A stretch of 64,000 bases of DNA from Cenococcum geophilum (lineage: Eukaryota), in NCBI GenBank assembly GCA_050273025.1, contig CP158636.1, positions 7,192,001 through 7,256,000 of the forward strand, given 5' to 3'. A program made the translations under genes and the position numbers. Position 1 is the first letter of the stretch, and each line of letters begins with the position of its first letter. The notes under the pieces were generated by a model. That model saw only the letters and a program-made list of their open reading frames with translations. It was not told the DNA's origin and made no database searches. This document shows, piece by piece, positions 50,401 through 64,000 of the stretch.

Positions 50401-53400
50401 GGAATTATTAATAGCTTTAATAGCTATTTATAAGGTAAGTTCTTTATTAGCGTCCTTTAATTCTAAAGAGATAATCTTATATACGCGGCGTAATAGCGCG
50501 TAATATTATTCTACTTTTTTAATACTATTATATGCCTTAATAGGGACTTCCTTAACCTTAATTGCTATTGCCTTTATCTGTTATTAAAACTCTATAGATA
50601 AGAAGTTCTTTCCTATATTATAGACGATTTAATTAGGGGGTCCTAAATAGATATTAATCTAGTATAACTAAAGGGTCTCCTATGCGTTTCTGGCTAATAT
50701 ATCTTTTAAAAAACGCGCGGCTTAAAAGGAGGTTAAGAAGTTAATAACTTAGAGTACTGGCTTGCCGCTAAGATATATAACGTTAATAATAATAGAGAAG
50801 TTAAAGTTGTAGTTATCCTTAAGGGTAAACTTAAATCGGCCAGGGGACTTTTAATTTATTTAGTAGTAATAATAATACTTTATAAGATACTTAATTGCCT
50901 TAACCTTAACTTTATAGCCTATTTACTAAAGAACCCTAAGTAATTAATAAATAGATAGGTGGCAAAAATAATAGTATAGTTAGCGTAATTCTAATTTAGT
51001 TAAGTGGCTTTAAGCAATACTCTTTTCTAGTTAATAAAGGAGCAACTAGGGGTAACCCTACTTGCGCATAATAGGCACCTAATTGTCTCCCTAAATAAGT
51101 ATATTCTTAAGGTTGTTAAGCCTAACGCCTAACTTATTTATATCTTTAATATAAAATAGAAATAGAGTGTTTATAGGAATAATATAAAAACTAATATACC
51201 CTAAGGGGGTTTAAACCCTAATTATGCTAAGAGAGATTATAGTACCTTTGCTAAAACGAATTGTATACTGGCCTACCGTTAAATGGTTAATCTAAATAGA
51301 GCTATTAAGCTGCTAAAGGGCTCGAACTTAAGGTTCTCCTACTATAGATACTCCTGTGGCTCTAGTATCTGGTATAATACTATAAAAGATATTTGCCGAG
51401 TATCTATTATTAAAGGAAAACGCGGAGCTCTCCTTTGGCTTATTAAAGATATTTAACTTTATAATAAAATAGAGCGTAGATTGGTTATTAAGGACAGTAA
51501 TAGTTTATATACCATTTACCTTACTATACTTAGTAAAGTATTGGTTAGGTAAGTAGTTTTTAATTTCTATATCTATAAGGAGCTGTTTAGTCTTATTAAC
51601 CTTACCCTTAAGGTTTTCTACGCCTTTATATTAAACTAGGAAGCTTTAGAAGTAGGCCATAGTAATCTTATAATTTTTTATATTTTTTATACTCTAACGG
51701 AACTTATTATATACCTCTTTTTACTTATTAAGGGAGTGTTTAGTTAACTAGTAATTTAGCTTCTTACAAACATAGTATTTCTTTTAGTAATTACTTTAAA
51801 ATAAACCTCCATAAGGACCTCTATAATTACCTTATAGCCAACGTCAATCGTACCCTCTTCTATATTCCCTACCGCGGCCACTATATATTTAATTAGTCCA
51901 GTTATAATTATATTAGTTAGGAATACTTAGTTAGGTAGGGTTTTTAGTATAGAACTGTTAAGATTCTTATATTTATATTATAGTACCTATAGCAAAGTAT
52001 AGCTTAGTATATACTCCTTTAAACGTATTTAAAGGTTTATATAGCGCTAAGTTATACTTAGGAACGCCACGGCATGCTAAGGTAACCTAGTCCCTTAGGC
52101 TATTCTCGTTTTAGTAAGTTTTAGTAAGGCTATATTAGATTTTTTAGAGTTTATTAAAGAGTAGTTAAAGGCACTCTAAATAAGTCTTTATTAGGTTAGA
52201 AGTAATAACTTTCTAGAACATAGTCTCCCGCTATTTAGATATATAAAGTTAGTAATTCTTATTAGTCTTAAAGTAGGCTTTAGTAAGCTAAAGCATTATA
52301 TTAAAGTTATAGTTTTTACCCGTAATATAGTTATAATAGAATGTTACCGCCCGTCCCTTTAATATAATAGAGAAAGCGTAATAGTACTTATAGCGTTAAA
52401 TTCTGACCTTATTACAACAGTTATAAAAGACCTATAGTTTTACTCTAAGTATATCGTATAGTTTTTCTTTAAACTTCTTCTCTTTGTCCGAATATACCTT
52501 TATTAGATTTATAACTTCTTATAATAAAGGCTTACTAGTTAGCTAGAGTAGAGGAGGTAGAGGCAGAGCAACTCTAAGTAGGAGAGTACCTTTAGGTAGG
52601 AGAGTAGCTTTAGGTGGGGGGTTAGCGTTCTAAGGGTTTTAATATAAATTAAAGTTGCCTTTTAAAGAATATGGGTTATTTTTAGGTTTCCGTAGTTAAC
52701 GTATAATCTTAGCTTCTATCTATATTAGTTCTTTTATACTAGTAATAACGGCCTAAATATTACTAGTAATTAGGTTACCGTTCTTAGTAATATATACCCC
52801 ATTTTTATAGAGGAAGTCTTAAAAGTTCTAAACAATATTAATGTTGCTAAGTACCTAGGTATTAGCAGTCTATCCTATAAAATCCTCCCTAAAATACTCC
52901 TATAGTTGTAAGTTGGTATAGTATCTATTTTAGTAGAATATAATATAGTATAGGAGAAAGCCGTTAACTTGTTTTATGGTATAAGTTATTATATTAAAAG
53001 CGAATTCGTCCTAATCTTTATTAATAAGTTTTGCGTGCTTAGCTACCCCTAGTAGTAAGGAGTCTTTCTAGTTATTTAAGGTAGGCGTAGCCATGTTTTT
53101 GGAAGGAGGGAAGTGTTATTAGTGTAGGGATTGTTGTTTAGTACGCGTTTATAATGTATATTTATTATTTAGTACGCGTTTGTTATTTAGTACGCGTTTA
53201 TAATATATATTTATGGTTATAGGGCTTAGGACTAGTTCTAGCCTTAAATTATAAAGACTTATAAAGCGTATTATTCTATGTAATAAACGCAAGAATCCGT
53301 AATCTTAGAAAGGCTTAGGACTAGTTCTGGCCTTTAGATCCTTAGATTTGTAGAAGAGTTCTATTTAAGGTTTAGGACTAGTTCTAACCTTAAAAAACAG

Positions 53401-54000
53401 CTTTCTCTAGCACGAGTAGCACTGGTACAGTGGCTTGTCTCTTCTTGGTGGAATACCTAGCTATTTTATAGTATAATAGTAAAGTTAACCACTAATTAGT
53501 GTTAGTTATATAAGGGGATATTACGTAGCTACGGTTCGTAGATAGTATAATAATTGTTGTTCTTGTTTTGATTCTTGAAGAAAGGGGTAAGGAACTTAAG
53601 GTTCCTCACCACGCTAGTGCCGCGGCGGCACGTGACGGCAACTTGCCGTACGTAACGGCAACTTGCTATACGTGGTGGCAATATGCCTTATATAGTGACC
53701 ACTTGCCTTTATTTCTAATAGATATAGTATATTATATAAGCTATTCTACTTCTAAAAAAAGATAATAAAAAAAATAACTTTTTTTAGAAGTAGAATAACT
53801 TATATAATTTATAAGTAATTTATTAAAAAAAATTATATAACATACTATATCTAATAGACTGTTTAGATTTCCCCCCTATAAATAATATATAATATAGCTG
53901 CCTATAAGATGCTTAAGGCCTATAGTCATTTTTAATGCAGTAAAATGTAGTGAAGTGCAACGAAATGCAGGCTAAATGCAGGTAAATTTTTTCCTAACGT
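47444..54000. mobile_element. Foldback/long-TIR non-autonomous element (~426 bp) split by Copia
   Basis: 47444-47594 is the approximate reverse complement of 53845-54000 (acgttagga...gcatttagc.tgcatttcg..gcacttc.ctacattttactgcatt...). An inner hairpin lies at ~53733-53807. Removing the element restores a WD40-coding repeat. Confidence 0.8.
47595..53720 (-). mobile_element. Ty1/Copia LTR retrotransposon (full length, RIPped)
   Basis: 221-bp LTRs at 47595-47815 and 53500-53720, TSD GATAT. Minus-strand degenerate motifs DIT(Q)AYT(Q)S ~49410, (G)(M)(Q)T(D)(D) ~49155 and RNase H T(D)(S)YSLYECLVKL..KEKRL ~48400-48450. Integrase precedes RT. Confidence 0.93.
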
Positions 54001-56991
54001 ACTAAGCTAACCCTATCTAAATAATCGTTAAGAATGCTATATAACGCTCTTATTATTGCATCCTAGATCCTAATAGTGTAGTTATCCTTAAGGTAAGAAG
54101 CATACTATTTAGTGAAAATACTACCGCGCAGACTATATATAAATAACTTTTAAGAACAACGCGTAGTACTCCTATTGTTGCATCCTAGAGCCTTACTATA
54201 TTATCATTAGAGGTAGAAGTAAGGAGCTTACCATCTAGTAAAAAGGCTACTTCGCTAACCCTATTTAAATAACCTTTAAAAATGCTATATAATGCCCCTG
54301 TTATTATATCCTAGAGCCTAACTATATAGTTATTAAAGGTAGAGGTAAGGAGCTTGCTATCCGGTAAAAAGGCTGCTGTATTAACCTTATCTAAATGACT
54401 TTAAGCGTCTGTATGGTAGAGTTCTAAGCTATTTAGACTTCTAATAGGTAATAAATCTATAGAGAGAACTGGTCTAAGAATTATTGCCAAACTATACTAG
54501 TCTTTAGGGCAAAGATAAGAGCAGTAGAATACAGCTATAGAGGTGCTTTTTTAATAATTAATTAGTTATAGAGGATGAATTGTTTTTTATTATAAATAAT
54601 AGTATACAAATAAGAGTTTTTATCTAGTTTAAAAATTACCTATATTAGACCTATATTAAATAAAACTGGCTTATTAAGTTACTTACCACTATAGCCTATA
54701 AGGCTATTACTATACTAATACTATTAGATGTCTTCCCAATTAGGCTAAGGGCCTTAAGCTAGTTAAAGAAGTGCTTCTATAGGAATTTATAAACATAGCA
54801 GTTATTAACAAGGTAGGCTTTACTTAACTAAAGATGTTAAACCTAGCAGCGGCCCGTATACTAAAGCTCTGAAGGAAGATATTATTCTATCTTACTACCT
54901 TCTACTATACTAATAAGGATACTAGGTGCGTATAGACCACAGATATCCCTCCTTAGGCCTTTAAATATAAGCCGTAGGCAATCCTTAGCTAGAGCTGTAT
55001 ATGCCTTCTTTTTATTTACCCAGAAGCGTTAATTATAGCATTTCTACTTATTAAGAAGAAAGTTATAAAACGAAGGGTAATCTTAATCTATTAGTACCTC
55101 TATAATAAAATGCAGATTATATAGCGTCTAGTCTATATCCTCTTTAGGAATATAAAGCAACCTAGCTAAGGTAATAGTAAAAAGGGAGGAAAAGAGGATA
55201 GCGATAGTACTAAGAGTTACTTTTATGCTCTTATATAGATTCTCTTTCCTTTAATTATTATATGCATTACTAACGGAGTTTATTAGGATTGTAGTGTAAA
55301 TATTATTAAGCTTCGTTTCTGGTCCTTTAGCAAAGGTATTACCTTAAAGGATAAAAGACAGTTAACTTATAGCAAATCGTTCGCCTTTACTAATAAAATA
55401 GTAGATAGTTACAGCTTATATAAATAAGCCACTAGCGGTTTAAACTAGACGTTTAATAGTTTCCTAACCGGGCTAGTTTATAGTAAGAGTACGCTTCTGT
55501 CTAATAATACGTAAATAATGTTTAAGAAAAATGGAAATATTATAGTCTATAATAGACGGAGATATATTATAAAGAATAAAATCCTAGTGTCCAGTCTCTG
55601 GGATTTAAGAGAAGATATAGCGAATAGGATTTTAGGTCTGCTTGTTATAAAGATTTATAACTAAGCTGCTTTTAATAATTAAGCCTCACCTAAGAGTTAA
55701 AGAATTACTTAAATATCGTTTTCGCCCTTATACTTATTTAAGGCGTTAACTGCAAGAATTAACGGTAACTAAAGTAAGTTGGCCTTTAGCTTAGAAAGCG
55801 GTTAAAGGACAAGCTAATTCTATTAGTTACAAAGAGCTTAGCTAGCAATATTGCTATACTGCTTAATGGCTTTATAGATATAGTATTTAAGAGACAATGG
55901 CTTCTCTGCGAGTTATATAGTAATACTAAAACAGAACTTGCCGGTATAGCTAATGTCTTCTTTACCTTTGGAGAGGAAGAAACTTGCTCCTATAGATTCT
56001 TAATTAAAGTATCTGCGGGCAACCGTGTAGGCAATAGTAGACTTTCTAGTGCCAGCTATACCGCTTAGCCAGAAGATGTACCTTTCGTTACGCCTATTAG
56101 CCCACGCTATTATTTATTAGAGGGCGTTAACTTAGGTATCTAAGAGGTAAAGAGGTCTATACTACTTATTATAAGAGTTAAAGACTGCTTTAGTAGTATA
56201 TAGTAGCTTAGCTAGCAGCTAGTTATCTATAGGGTTATAGTTATTTATAGTTAAGTTAGCAAAATTGTATTTAATAGTAAAGAATAGTGCTTCTATTAAG
56301 CTCCTGGTAACAACTATATAAGATACCTTTTTTTAATATAGAAGAATAGATATAGTAAATTATATAAACTAAACTAACTATCCTTAGCTACTTTAGCCGG
56401 AGGTATAATTAATAGGACCTCCTTTATATAAGTGGCAGCCGCCGCCGCCGCATAAGGCTGCCACTTCCTGTTTTTGTGAGTTAGTATAGTCGTATATGCC
56501 CTATATAGTAAGGCAGGGAAATCTGTTTACTAGTCTAGCCGCCTCTATCTTAAAGCAAAGTATACTGCCGAGCTTTAAGCTTAACTTGTCTCTAGTAATA
56601 CTGCCCTTTATAACCTGGCTACTACAAGCTATTGTGCCGTAGTAAATAACAATTTCTTAACTTCTATGCTAAGTCCGCTCTACTAATCTGTCTTTGCTAT
56701 ACCAGGCATACATAGGTCCTTTAATGTGTTTGTAGGTCGACTTAAACAGAACATTAGGTTCTGCGTTATTATACATAAACTTTAGTAGATGGTTAATTAT
56801 GGACAGATATATAAGAATGCTATTTCTGCCTATATTATAATTCGCTTATAGCTTAAAAAGCGCTTTTAGTAGAATAGCTGGTAATGCGTTAAGGAAACCC
56901 ATTTAAGTATCCTCGTCGCCGCAGCGAGTTTAATTAGGAGAGCACAAACCTACCCCACTGTGTAGTCTTAGGCGCGTAAGTGGTGTTGCAT
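54001..56991 (-). pseudogene. NLR-type PNP_UDP-NACHT-WD40 (HET-E-like) pseudogene
   Basis: ATG at 56991: MQHHLRA*DYTVG*VCAL, then YYGTIA, LCFKIEAA, HKNRKWQPYAAAAAA, P-loop IFWLSGIAGTRKSTIA (~56040-56080), LGASFFLS, Walker B LAVNALN, IFITSRP, LYSSALIFA and ~126-bp WD40 repeats at 54000-54400. Many RIP stops. The last repeat continues at 47420-47443. Confidence 0.9.
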
Positions 56992-59499
56992 TAAAAAGGA
57001 GGTGCATAAGCAGTACGACTTGATTTTAAGGCATAGAATATGGAGCAGCGATTACTGTAAACTTATTAGCTATAAAAGTGCTATCAGGGACTACTAAACG
57101 TTTTTGTGTTTCGTTTAAGGCGAGGTTATCGAGTTAGGCTCGCTTTATTTTTGCCTAACGGTAGCTATAGTCTTCCGTAAGGTAACATAATTAAGCAGCC
57201 TACGCTTAACTGAATTAGTTAGGTGGGCCTAAGAACCTTAGTCTAGAAGTAAGAGAAAACTTCCAGCAGCTTAATACGGAGGGGAAGCCGATTTCGCTAA
57301 CAAGTATATAGCAAGCCCTATCAATAGTCTGTTGGTGAAAATTGCTCTTCTAAGTCTTATAAACAATTTACCTAAGTAGCTAAGCATTAACGCATCCTGT
57401 TGAGAGCGTACTGCGAGGATACGAGAAGGCACCCGGTCACGACTAAGTGAAGACCTATATCCTAGCGCTGAATACAACTTAAAACCTTGCTATGCTGTAT
57501 AAGCAGGTGGGCGGGGCTGGTAAAACGGAAGGACTGTGCCCTTTGTGGTGTCGAAGTAGTTTTCGGAAGTCCCAGCGAACGATACCAAGATATTGTTACA
57601 ACACTAGCAGGTTTGCACGATAACAGCACTGTTCTTAGACGAACTCTCTTATAATTAATCCATTACTGTAGATTTAGAACATGTGCGGAATATAACAGGT
57701 TTACTTTCCCGCCGAGCTCCTTCCGATCACGTGGACTGAGTCTCCTTGTTAGATAGTATTGTAATATAAGGCTAAGGTTTACCAAACTGGCTTAATAGCA
57801 ACCCTTGGTAGCCTTGTCTGGGGCTTAACTATGTTTAGTAAAGTGCGGGCTGTGCACGCTCTTGGCGAGGTAGCAAAGAATTTTGAGATGTGCAATTGCG
57901 GGGAAGCCGGTTTTGCAAGATACTGTAGCAGGGAGGGCGGCCGACCCGCACCGACCACACCCTTATGAACCGTTACTTATCAGGGAAGCCTTTCTAATAG
58001 ATAGCTAAGTGTAGAGGCGATGGATGATAGCTTGCAGGCTGTTGGGGCGTGAAGTCAGCATGATGAAAATTCTTCAACACGCCAACCGCACCACAACCAC
58101 ATCACCTACTGCCTCCGCTTGGGCGATGCGATCATCCATCTAGGGAGGCCCGTCAAAGGCAACTAGGATACAAAATCCACCCGACATATGACTATCTGGC
58201 CCGCAGTCAGACCCAAAACTGGCCTTATCCAGCCAGCCGATGTGGACGCATCCTAGGCATACGACAGGACACCTTTGGGCTTGCACTAGGTCTGAGACCA
58301 AGGTAGGACACGGCAAAGGCGTAGGGAACCTCTTTTCATGACAACTTGTTAAGGTTAACGCGTCACAGATCCCTTGTATGAAACTTGTTAAGGCACCGAA
58401 GCCTCTAACCGCGAAGAACTTGTTAAGGCCCCTCCACGAGGGCCTATCTGGTACACCTAGGTGACTCAGAGGAGGGCCTTAATAGGCGTAGTGCGCGCGA
58501 CCCGGACCGGATGGCGACCGGAAGGCTTAACAAGGCGGGTCACCACAGGTGGCAACACGGGCAAAGCTCTAGGTGGTGGAAACATAGGCCAGCTTCGACG
58601 GCCCCCATGGCGTAGGCGACTCAAAGGAGGGTCTTAATAGGCGTGGTGCACGCAACCTGACGAACATATTCAACATATATGGGTGGGGCCTCGGATAAAT
58701 CACAGGCCAGTCGGACGAGGACCCGACGGTTAGAGACACAGGCAAGCTTGTGGAAAGGGGGGACATAAGCTTGGTTAATAGGATAGGGTGGAGCAGGTCG
58801 CCCGGCGTGGGATCTGGTCTGTGGCCCGTCCTGCAAGACACGGTTGGCCTGTCATGAGGAGACTCTTACAGGCAACGCGAAACGGGAACTAGAGGTATGT
58901 CAGAAGTTGCGCCCCTACATTACAACTGGCCTCCCGCGGGGTGTAGTGCATAGTGGCCACTGCTGGTTCCAAGGACCTCACCCCTTAGCTGGGCTCTGAC
59001 CCTTAGTGGACCTGGTTGGCAGGCAGATCACATCCTGGCCGGAGAGACTACTGCGCGGCTCGAGAGAACGGATGCGCGTGTCGGTACATCAACAGACGGA
59101 ACCATTCGCTGGGATAGCATGCCGGTGAGATGTGCTTAAAGAGCAAACAGGAGTTACCCAGGCGGGAGAGGTTTGGGTCGGCCTCAGCCGTGGAAAGTGT
59201 GTGAGGTGTCCAACAGATGTAACAAAGCCACTAGAAAACTAGGGTAGAGGCCTAGATAAGCAGGCATGTCAAATTCTACTGTATTACTAGCATTACTAGC
59301 TAATATATAACTACCTGCAACGCAGATCTTGTACAGAGCGCACCTAGAAACGGCAGCTCCATAGCCTTCGTCAACGACTACTCGGCATAGGTCATAGGCC
59401 CTATGGCAGAGGAAAACACGCAGATCATCCAGGACGGGATCATACCGATGCTTGAGAAATGGGAGAGGACTAATTTGAAGCGGAGAAAACGTCATTATC

Positions 59500-60520
59500 T
59501 ACCTCACTAGATATAAAGAAGCGGGCAGGGATGCCACCACACCGTTCCAATTCAAAAGGAAAGAAATCCCCCAACATAGGATGTCAAAGTCCTTGGTGTG
59601 ATTCTCGACAAGGAGCTGCAGTTCAAGGCACACCTGGCGGACAAGGCAGGCAAAGCCACTGAGGTAGCGCTAGATTGAAGGGACTGCACCCTAAGAGCGT
59701 TAAGCAACTAGCTAAGAGCTCGGTCCTACCAGTAGCAGACTACGCGTCGCCGATATGGTACCCGCTTGCGACGCAAGAGCTGATGCAGCTCTCCAGCAGG
59801 CGCAGAGGATCACGGCATAAGCTGTCATCAGGGGGTTCTGCACCGTCGCTCTATCAATAGCGGAGGTAAAAGCCGGCTTGCTCCCCCTTGAGCAAAGGCT
59901 GCGCAACCAGGCCATCGCGTTCTGGGTGTCAAACTAGGAAAATCGCATCCTCACTGGATGATTCGACGACAGAGGCTCTGCAGACGGCACCGGTCGCCGC
60001 TCCAGAGGACAGCAGCGATGTGCGAGGAGGTCCAGGTGGATAAGGTGCTAGAGGTCAAACCGTGCGCACATCCGCTGCGGGTAGCTAAGCCCGATGTGGT
60101 GATATACAAGGACGAAGAGCATACTCTAGCCATCATCGAAGACTACAAGCCAGGGCAGGTTAACATACACGTTAATGCATCAGTTCGTAATGGCAGGGCA
60201 GGAGTCGGCGTATATGCTACGCCGTCTAAAGTAATGTTTTCGAAAACGGTAGTAAGCTCTAACCAGGCCGACGCTCACCTCAGAGCTCCTAGCAATCAGC
60301 GAGGCAGCCAACTAGCCGTGGGACCCCACGTGCACGGCTATCGACCAAGCAGGTTTTTCAATACCTGCTTCTAGCATAAGAATATTCTCCGACTTGCAAT
60401 CAGCGCTACTGCCAGTACAGAGCTGGAGGGCTGAAGCCTGCCAGGAAGGAGTCACAGAGATCACAAAGAAGCGTTGGTTGAACAATGTCACGCCATACTG
60501 GATTCCAGGTCACTGGCTAG
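59500..60520 (+). mobile_element. Tad1-like LINE ORF2 fragment (RT C-terminus + RNase H), frameshifted
   Basis: DVKVLGVILDKELQFKAHL, VLPVADYASPIWY, AVIRGFCTVALSIAEVKAGLLPLEQRL, IHVNASVRNGRAGVGV and WIPGH motifs. Stops and frameshifts present. Confidence 0.85.
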
Positions 60521-60735
60521 CTGCTATGTAAGCTGGGCGAAGCTACAGCATGCATGCATACGTGACAGAGACTCAAATAATTAAGAGATATGATATCAGA
60601 CAGGTCACTCAAGCCCGCACATCGCATCATATAAGAGTGACGAACACGGACACCTCAGAATTCTTGCTATAGTAAAGAAAGGGAGGTTTTGTTAAAGTTG
60701 ATAAGGTGTAATTAAGCAAAACTACATACAATATC

Positions 60736-61966
60736 ATGGCGACCTTTCCTCCCCCTCCGGTTAATACGATTGACTGGACCAATATAAAGGACTTCAAAGT
60801 CCACGAAGGTGTGCAACGTCCACAACATTGATTGATGGTTACTAGCATTCTTTGCAGTCAACGGCCATATCGAATCCATATACTCCAAGGCCACTGGCAA
60901 ATGGACGCCCCTCAAGTTCGTCTCCGACCCGTACATGCGCATTCACGGTATGTCGCCAGCCCTCAACTACGGCCAGCAAGCCTTGGAAGGCCTCAAGGCC
61001 TTCCGCATGCCTGGCAAACCTGGTAGCATCGCCCTCTTCCGCCCCGACCGTAATGCCATGCGCTTTCAGCACTCGGGGGCAGTGCTCTCGATGCCGTCCG
61101 TCCCTGTTAACATGTTCCTGCGGGCGTGTCGCGCTGTCGTCGCGCTTAACGCCGGCTACGTCCCTCCGTATGAGTCTGGCGGGGCACTCTACGTCCGGCC
61201 GCAGCTATATGGGTCGAGTGCGCAGCTCGGACTTAACCCACCGGACGAGTATACGTTCTGCGTCTTTGTTGTTCCGACAGGCGTGTACCTTGGGATGCAG
61301 GCGGTCAAAGCGCTGATCGTGGACGACTTTGACCGTGCAGCGCCCAAGGGTACGGGCCATGCCAAGGTGGGTGGGAACTATGCCCCGGTGCTGCGGTGGA
61401 GCGACCAGGCAAGGACGGAAGGGTTTGGCGTCACACTGCACCTGGACAGTGTGCGGCATGAAGAGGTGGATGAGTTCAGTACATGTGCGTTTATCGGCGT
61501 GCGTTCCCACGGGGGCGGTGACGACGTGACGCTGGTGGTGCCCGACTCGCCGTGCGTCATTGACAGCGTCACTAGCGACAGCATGCAGCACATCGCCCGC
61601 AGCTTCGGGTGGAAGGTGGAGAAGCGGCCCGTCCGGTACACGGAGCTGCCTGCGTTTAGTGAGGTGCTTGGCGCTGGAACTGCGGTGGCGCTGGTGCCAA
61701 TCCGGTCCATCACGCGGCGCCGCACGACTGCCCGACTGCCCGCTGGCCCACGCCTGCGGGTGGACGCTGAGTCCGAGACGGTGGCGTACCTCCCCGACGA
61801 GCAGCACAGCGGCGGGCCGGTGTACCTCAAGCTACTGGCGCAGCTGAGGGCGATCCAGCTGGGCAAGGTAGAGGACGAGTTTGGGTGGCGCTTTGAGGTG
61901 CGGGCGGAAGATCAAGAGGTCGACGGCGGGAATGAGCACCCTACCAGGCCGCAGGCAGTGGCTTAG
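60736..61966 (+). CDS. Branched-chain amino acid aminotransferase (PLP class IV), TOXF/AMT5-like secondary-metabolism type, 393 aa
   Basis: Exon 1 60736-60808 (MATFPPPPVNTIDW...VHE), 49-bp GT..AG intron 60809-60857, exon 2 60858-61966. Motifs LNYGQQALEGLKAFR, LFRPDRNA.R, LYVRP, AKVGGNY (PLP lysine) and GAGTA. Confidence 0.95.
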
Positions 61967-62119
61967 CGTTAGACGTATATATGAGGAAGGATCTGGAAGA
62001 GCCCTCCACATTATCTCATAAATCAGACCCTCGGTGGACCGTTGGTACGTGCACTACGCGCACGGGCGGGCATACTGCTCTTTATTAACCAAAATTCACC
62101 TTTTTCACTGCCGTATCTC

Positions 62120-62650
62120 ACTCAAATCTTCTAATCTATACAGCCTGCTTATTAGCCTAAAGTTCCAGTTAAAAGGAGGAAGCTACAACGAGCCTTAGTT
62201 CACAACCGTTAAAGCTCTCAACACTAGCAATAGCCCTCTAGATTAATACAAGCAGGCTCTTGGAGAGCTATAAGAGAAGATTATAGGCAAGAGTAGGATC
62301 GCGAAGCATTGCTTAACTCCGCTATAGAATTTGGAGAAGGAGGAAATTGTAAGCATCCTAGCAAGAATAGAGCGCTTGAAGTCTCTCGTATAAGCTGCGC
62401 TGGAGCTGGATCATTTATATATTATCTTACTAAACAGGCATAACATCTAAGGGCTTAAAAGCAGCATCGATGTAGTACATAAGGAGAGCTAGGTAATTGA
62501 GTAGAACACAGATACGCTTAAGAAATTAGATAAGATAAGGCAACACGATATCCTAGCGGAATAAATTTCAACGTCAAACTAGCCTGCGCAACAGTCCAAT
62601 ATTATTAATGCAAGACAGGAAGGTACCAGAGAATAGTTCATAAATTCCCC
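62120..62650 (+). pseudogene. Relic of the N-terminal part of a fungal NACHT-type gene
   Basis: Degenerate LISLKFQL...EP*FTTVKAL...PLD*YKQAL, KEEIVSILARIERLKSLV*AALELDH and ISTSN*PAQQSNIINARQEGTRE*F, typical of the region preceding a NACHT P-loop. Multiple stops. Confidence 0.65.
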
Positions 62651-62842
62651 AGACGGCATCCCGTGGTGTATCGATGAACAGACAAGCAATCAGCCACTAG
62701 AGGCCATGAGGATAGGAGTGAGGGCTACGCACATTGCGCTCAGCGCGGACTGTTAGAGGTAACAGTGTGCGAGGATAGATATAGCAGCTAGAAGTCATGT
62801 TTCTTGCTTAGCTACAACGTATACTAACGACTTTATCTGTAG

Positions 62843-63922
<1,080 letters not shown>

Positions 63923-64000
63923 TTAGAGCCAGAGATGTGACGATGCGTATGAAGTGATAGTTGGCGACCAGCCCATCTATACTACGGAAAACTGTTGGGT

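Noticed and set aside
58335..58430. CRISPR-like repeat-spacer pattern
   Set aside because: The repeat is only 12 bp with three direct copies, the context is eukaryotic and there are no cas genes.
57271..59495. Short ORFs 57271-57477, 58569-58841 and 59184-59495
   Set aside because: No recognisable domains or splice-supported models.

Overview
This is a fungal (Pezizomycotina-type) accessory region. Most of it is AT-rich, RIP-degenerated, deeply nested transposable elements, resolved here by LTR pairs and target-site duplications (TSDs): five Ty3/Gypsy chromovirus copies of two families, one Ty1/Copia, several solo LTRs, Tad1-like LINE fragments, two related SINE-like retroposons, a pogo/Fot1 relic, a CMC/EnSpm-like MITE and a foldback element. 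Two GC-balanced islands carry genes. Island 1 (~17.8-20.7 kb) holds a leaderless alpha-sarcin/RNase T1-like gene with one premature stop (missed by the ORF track), divergent from an intact 3-exon DUF3632-type gene. Island 2 (~57-64 kb) holds an intact TOXF-like branched-chain aminotransferase convergent with an intronless, GC-rich homologue of Streptomyces MppJ (phenylpyruvate C3-methyltransferase). That pair is a likely beta-methylphenylalanine supply cassette, possibly at the edge of a larger metabolite cluster. A RIP-killed PNP_UDP-NACHT-WD40 NLR gene lies at 54-57 kb. One Gypsy family carries an antisense, intron-containing Zn(II)2Cys6-like gene. Family assignments come from motif recognition by eye and recalled reference sequences, not from database searches.
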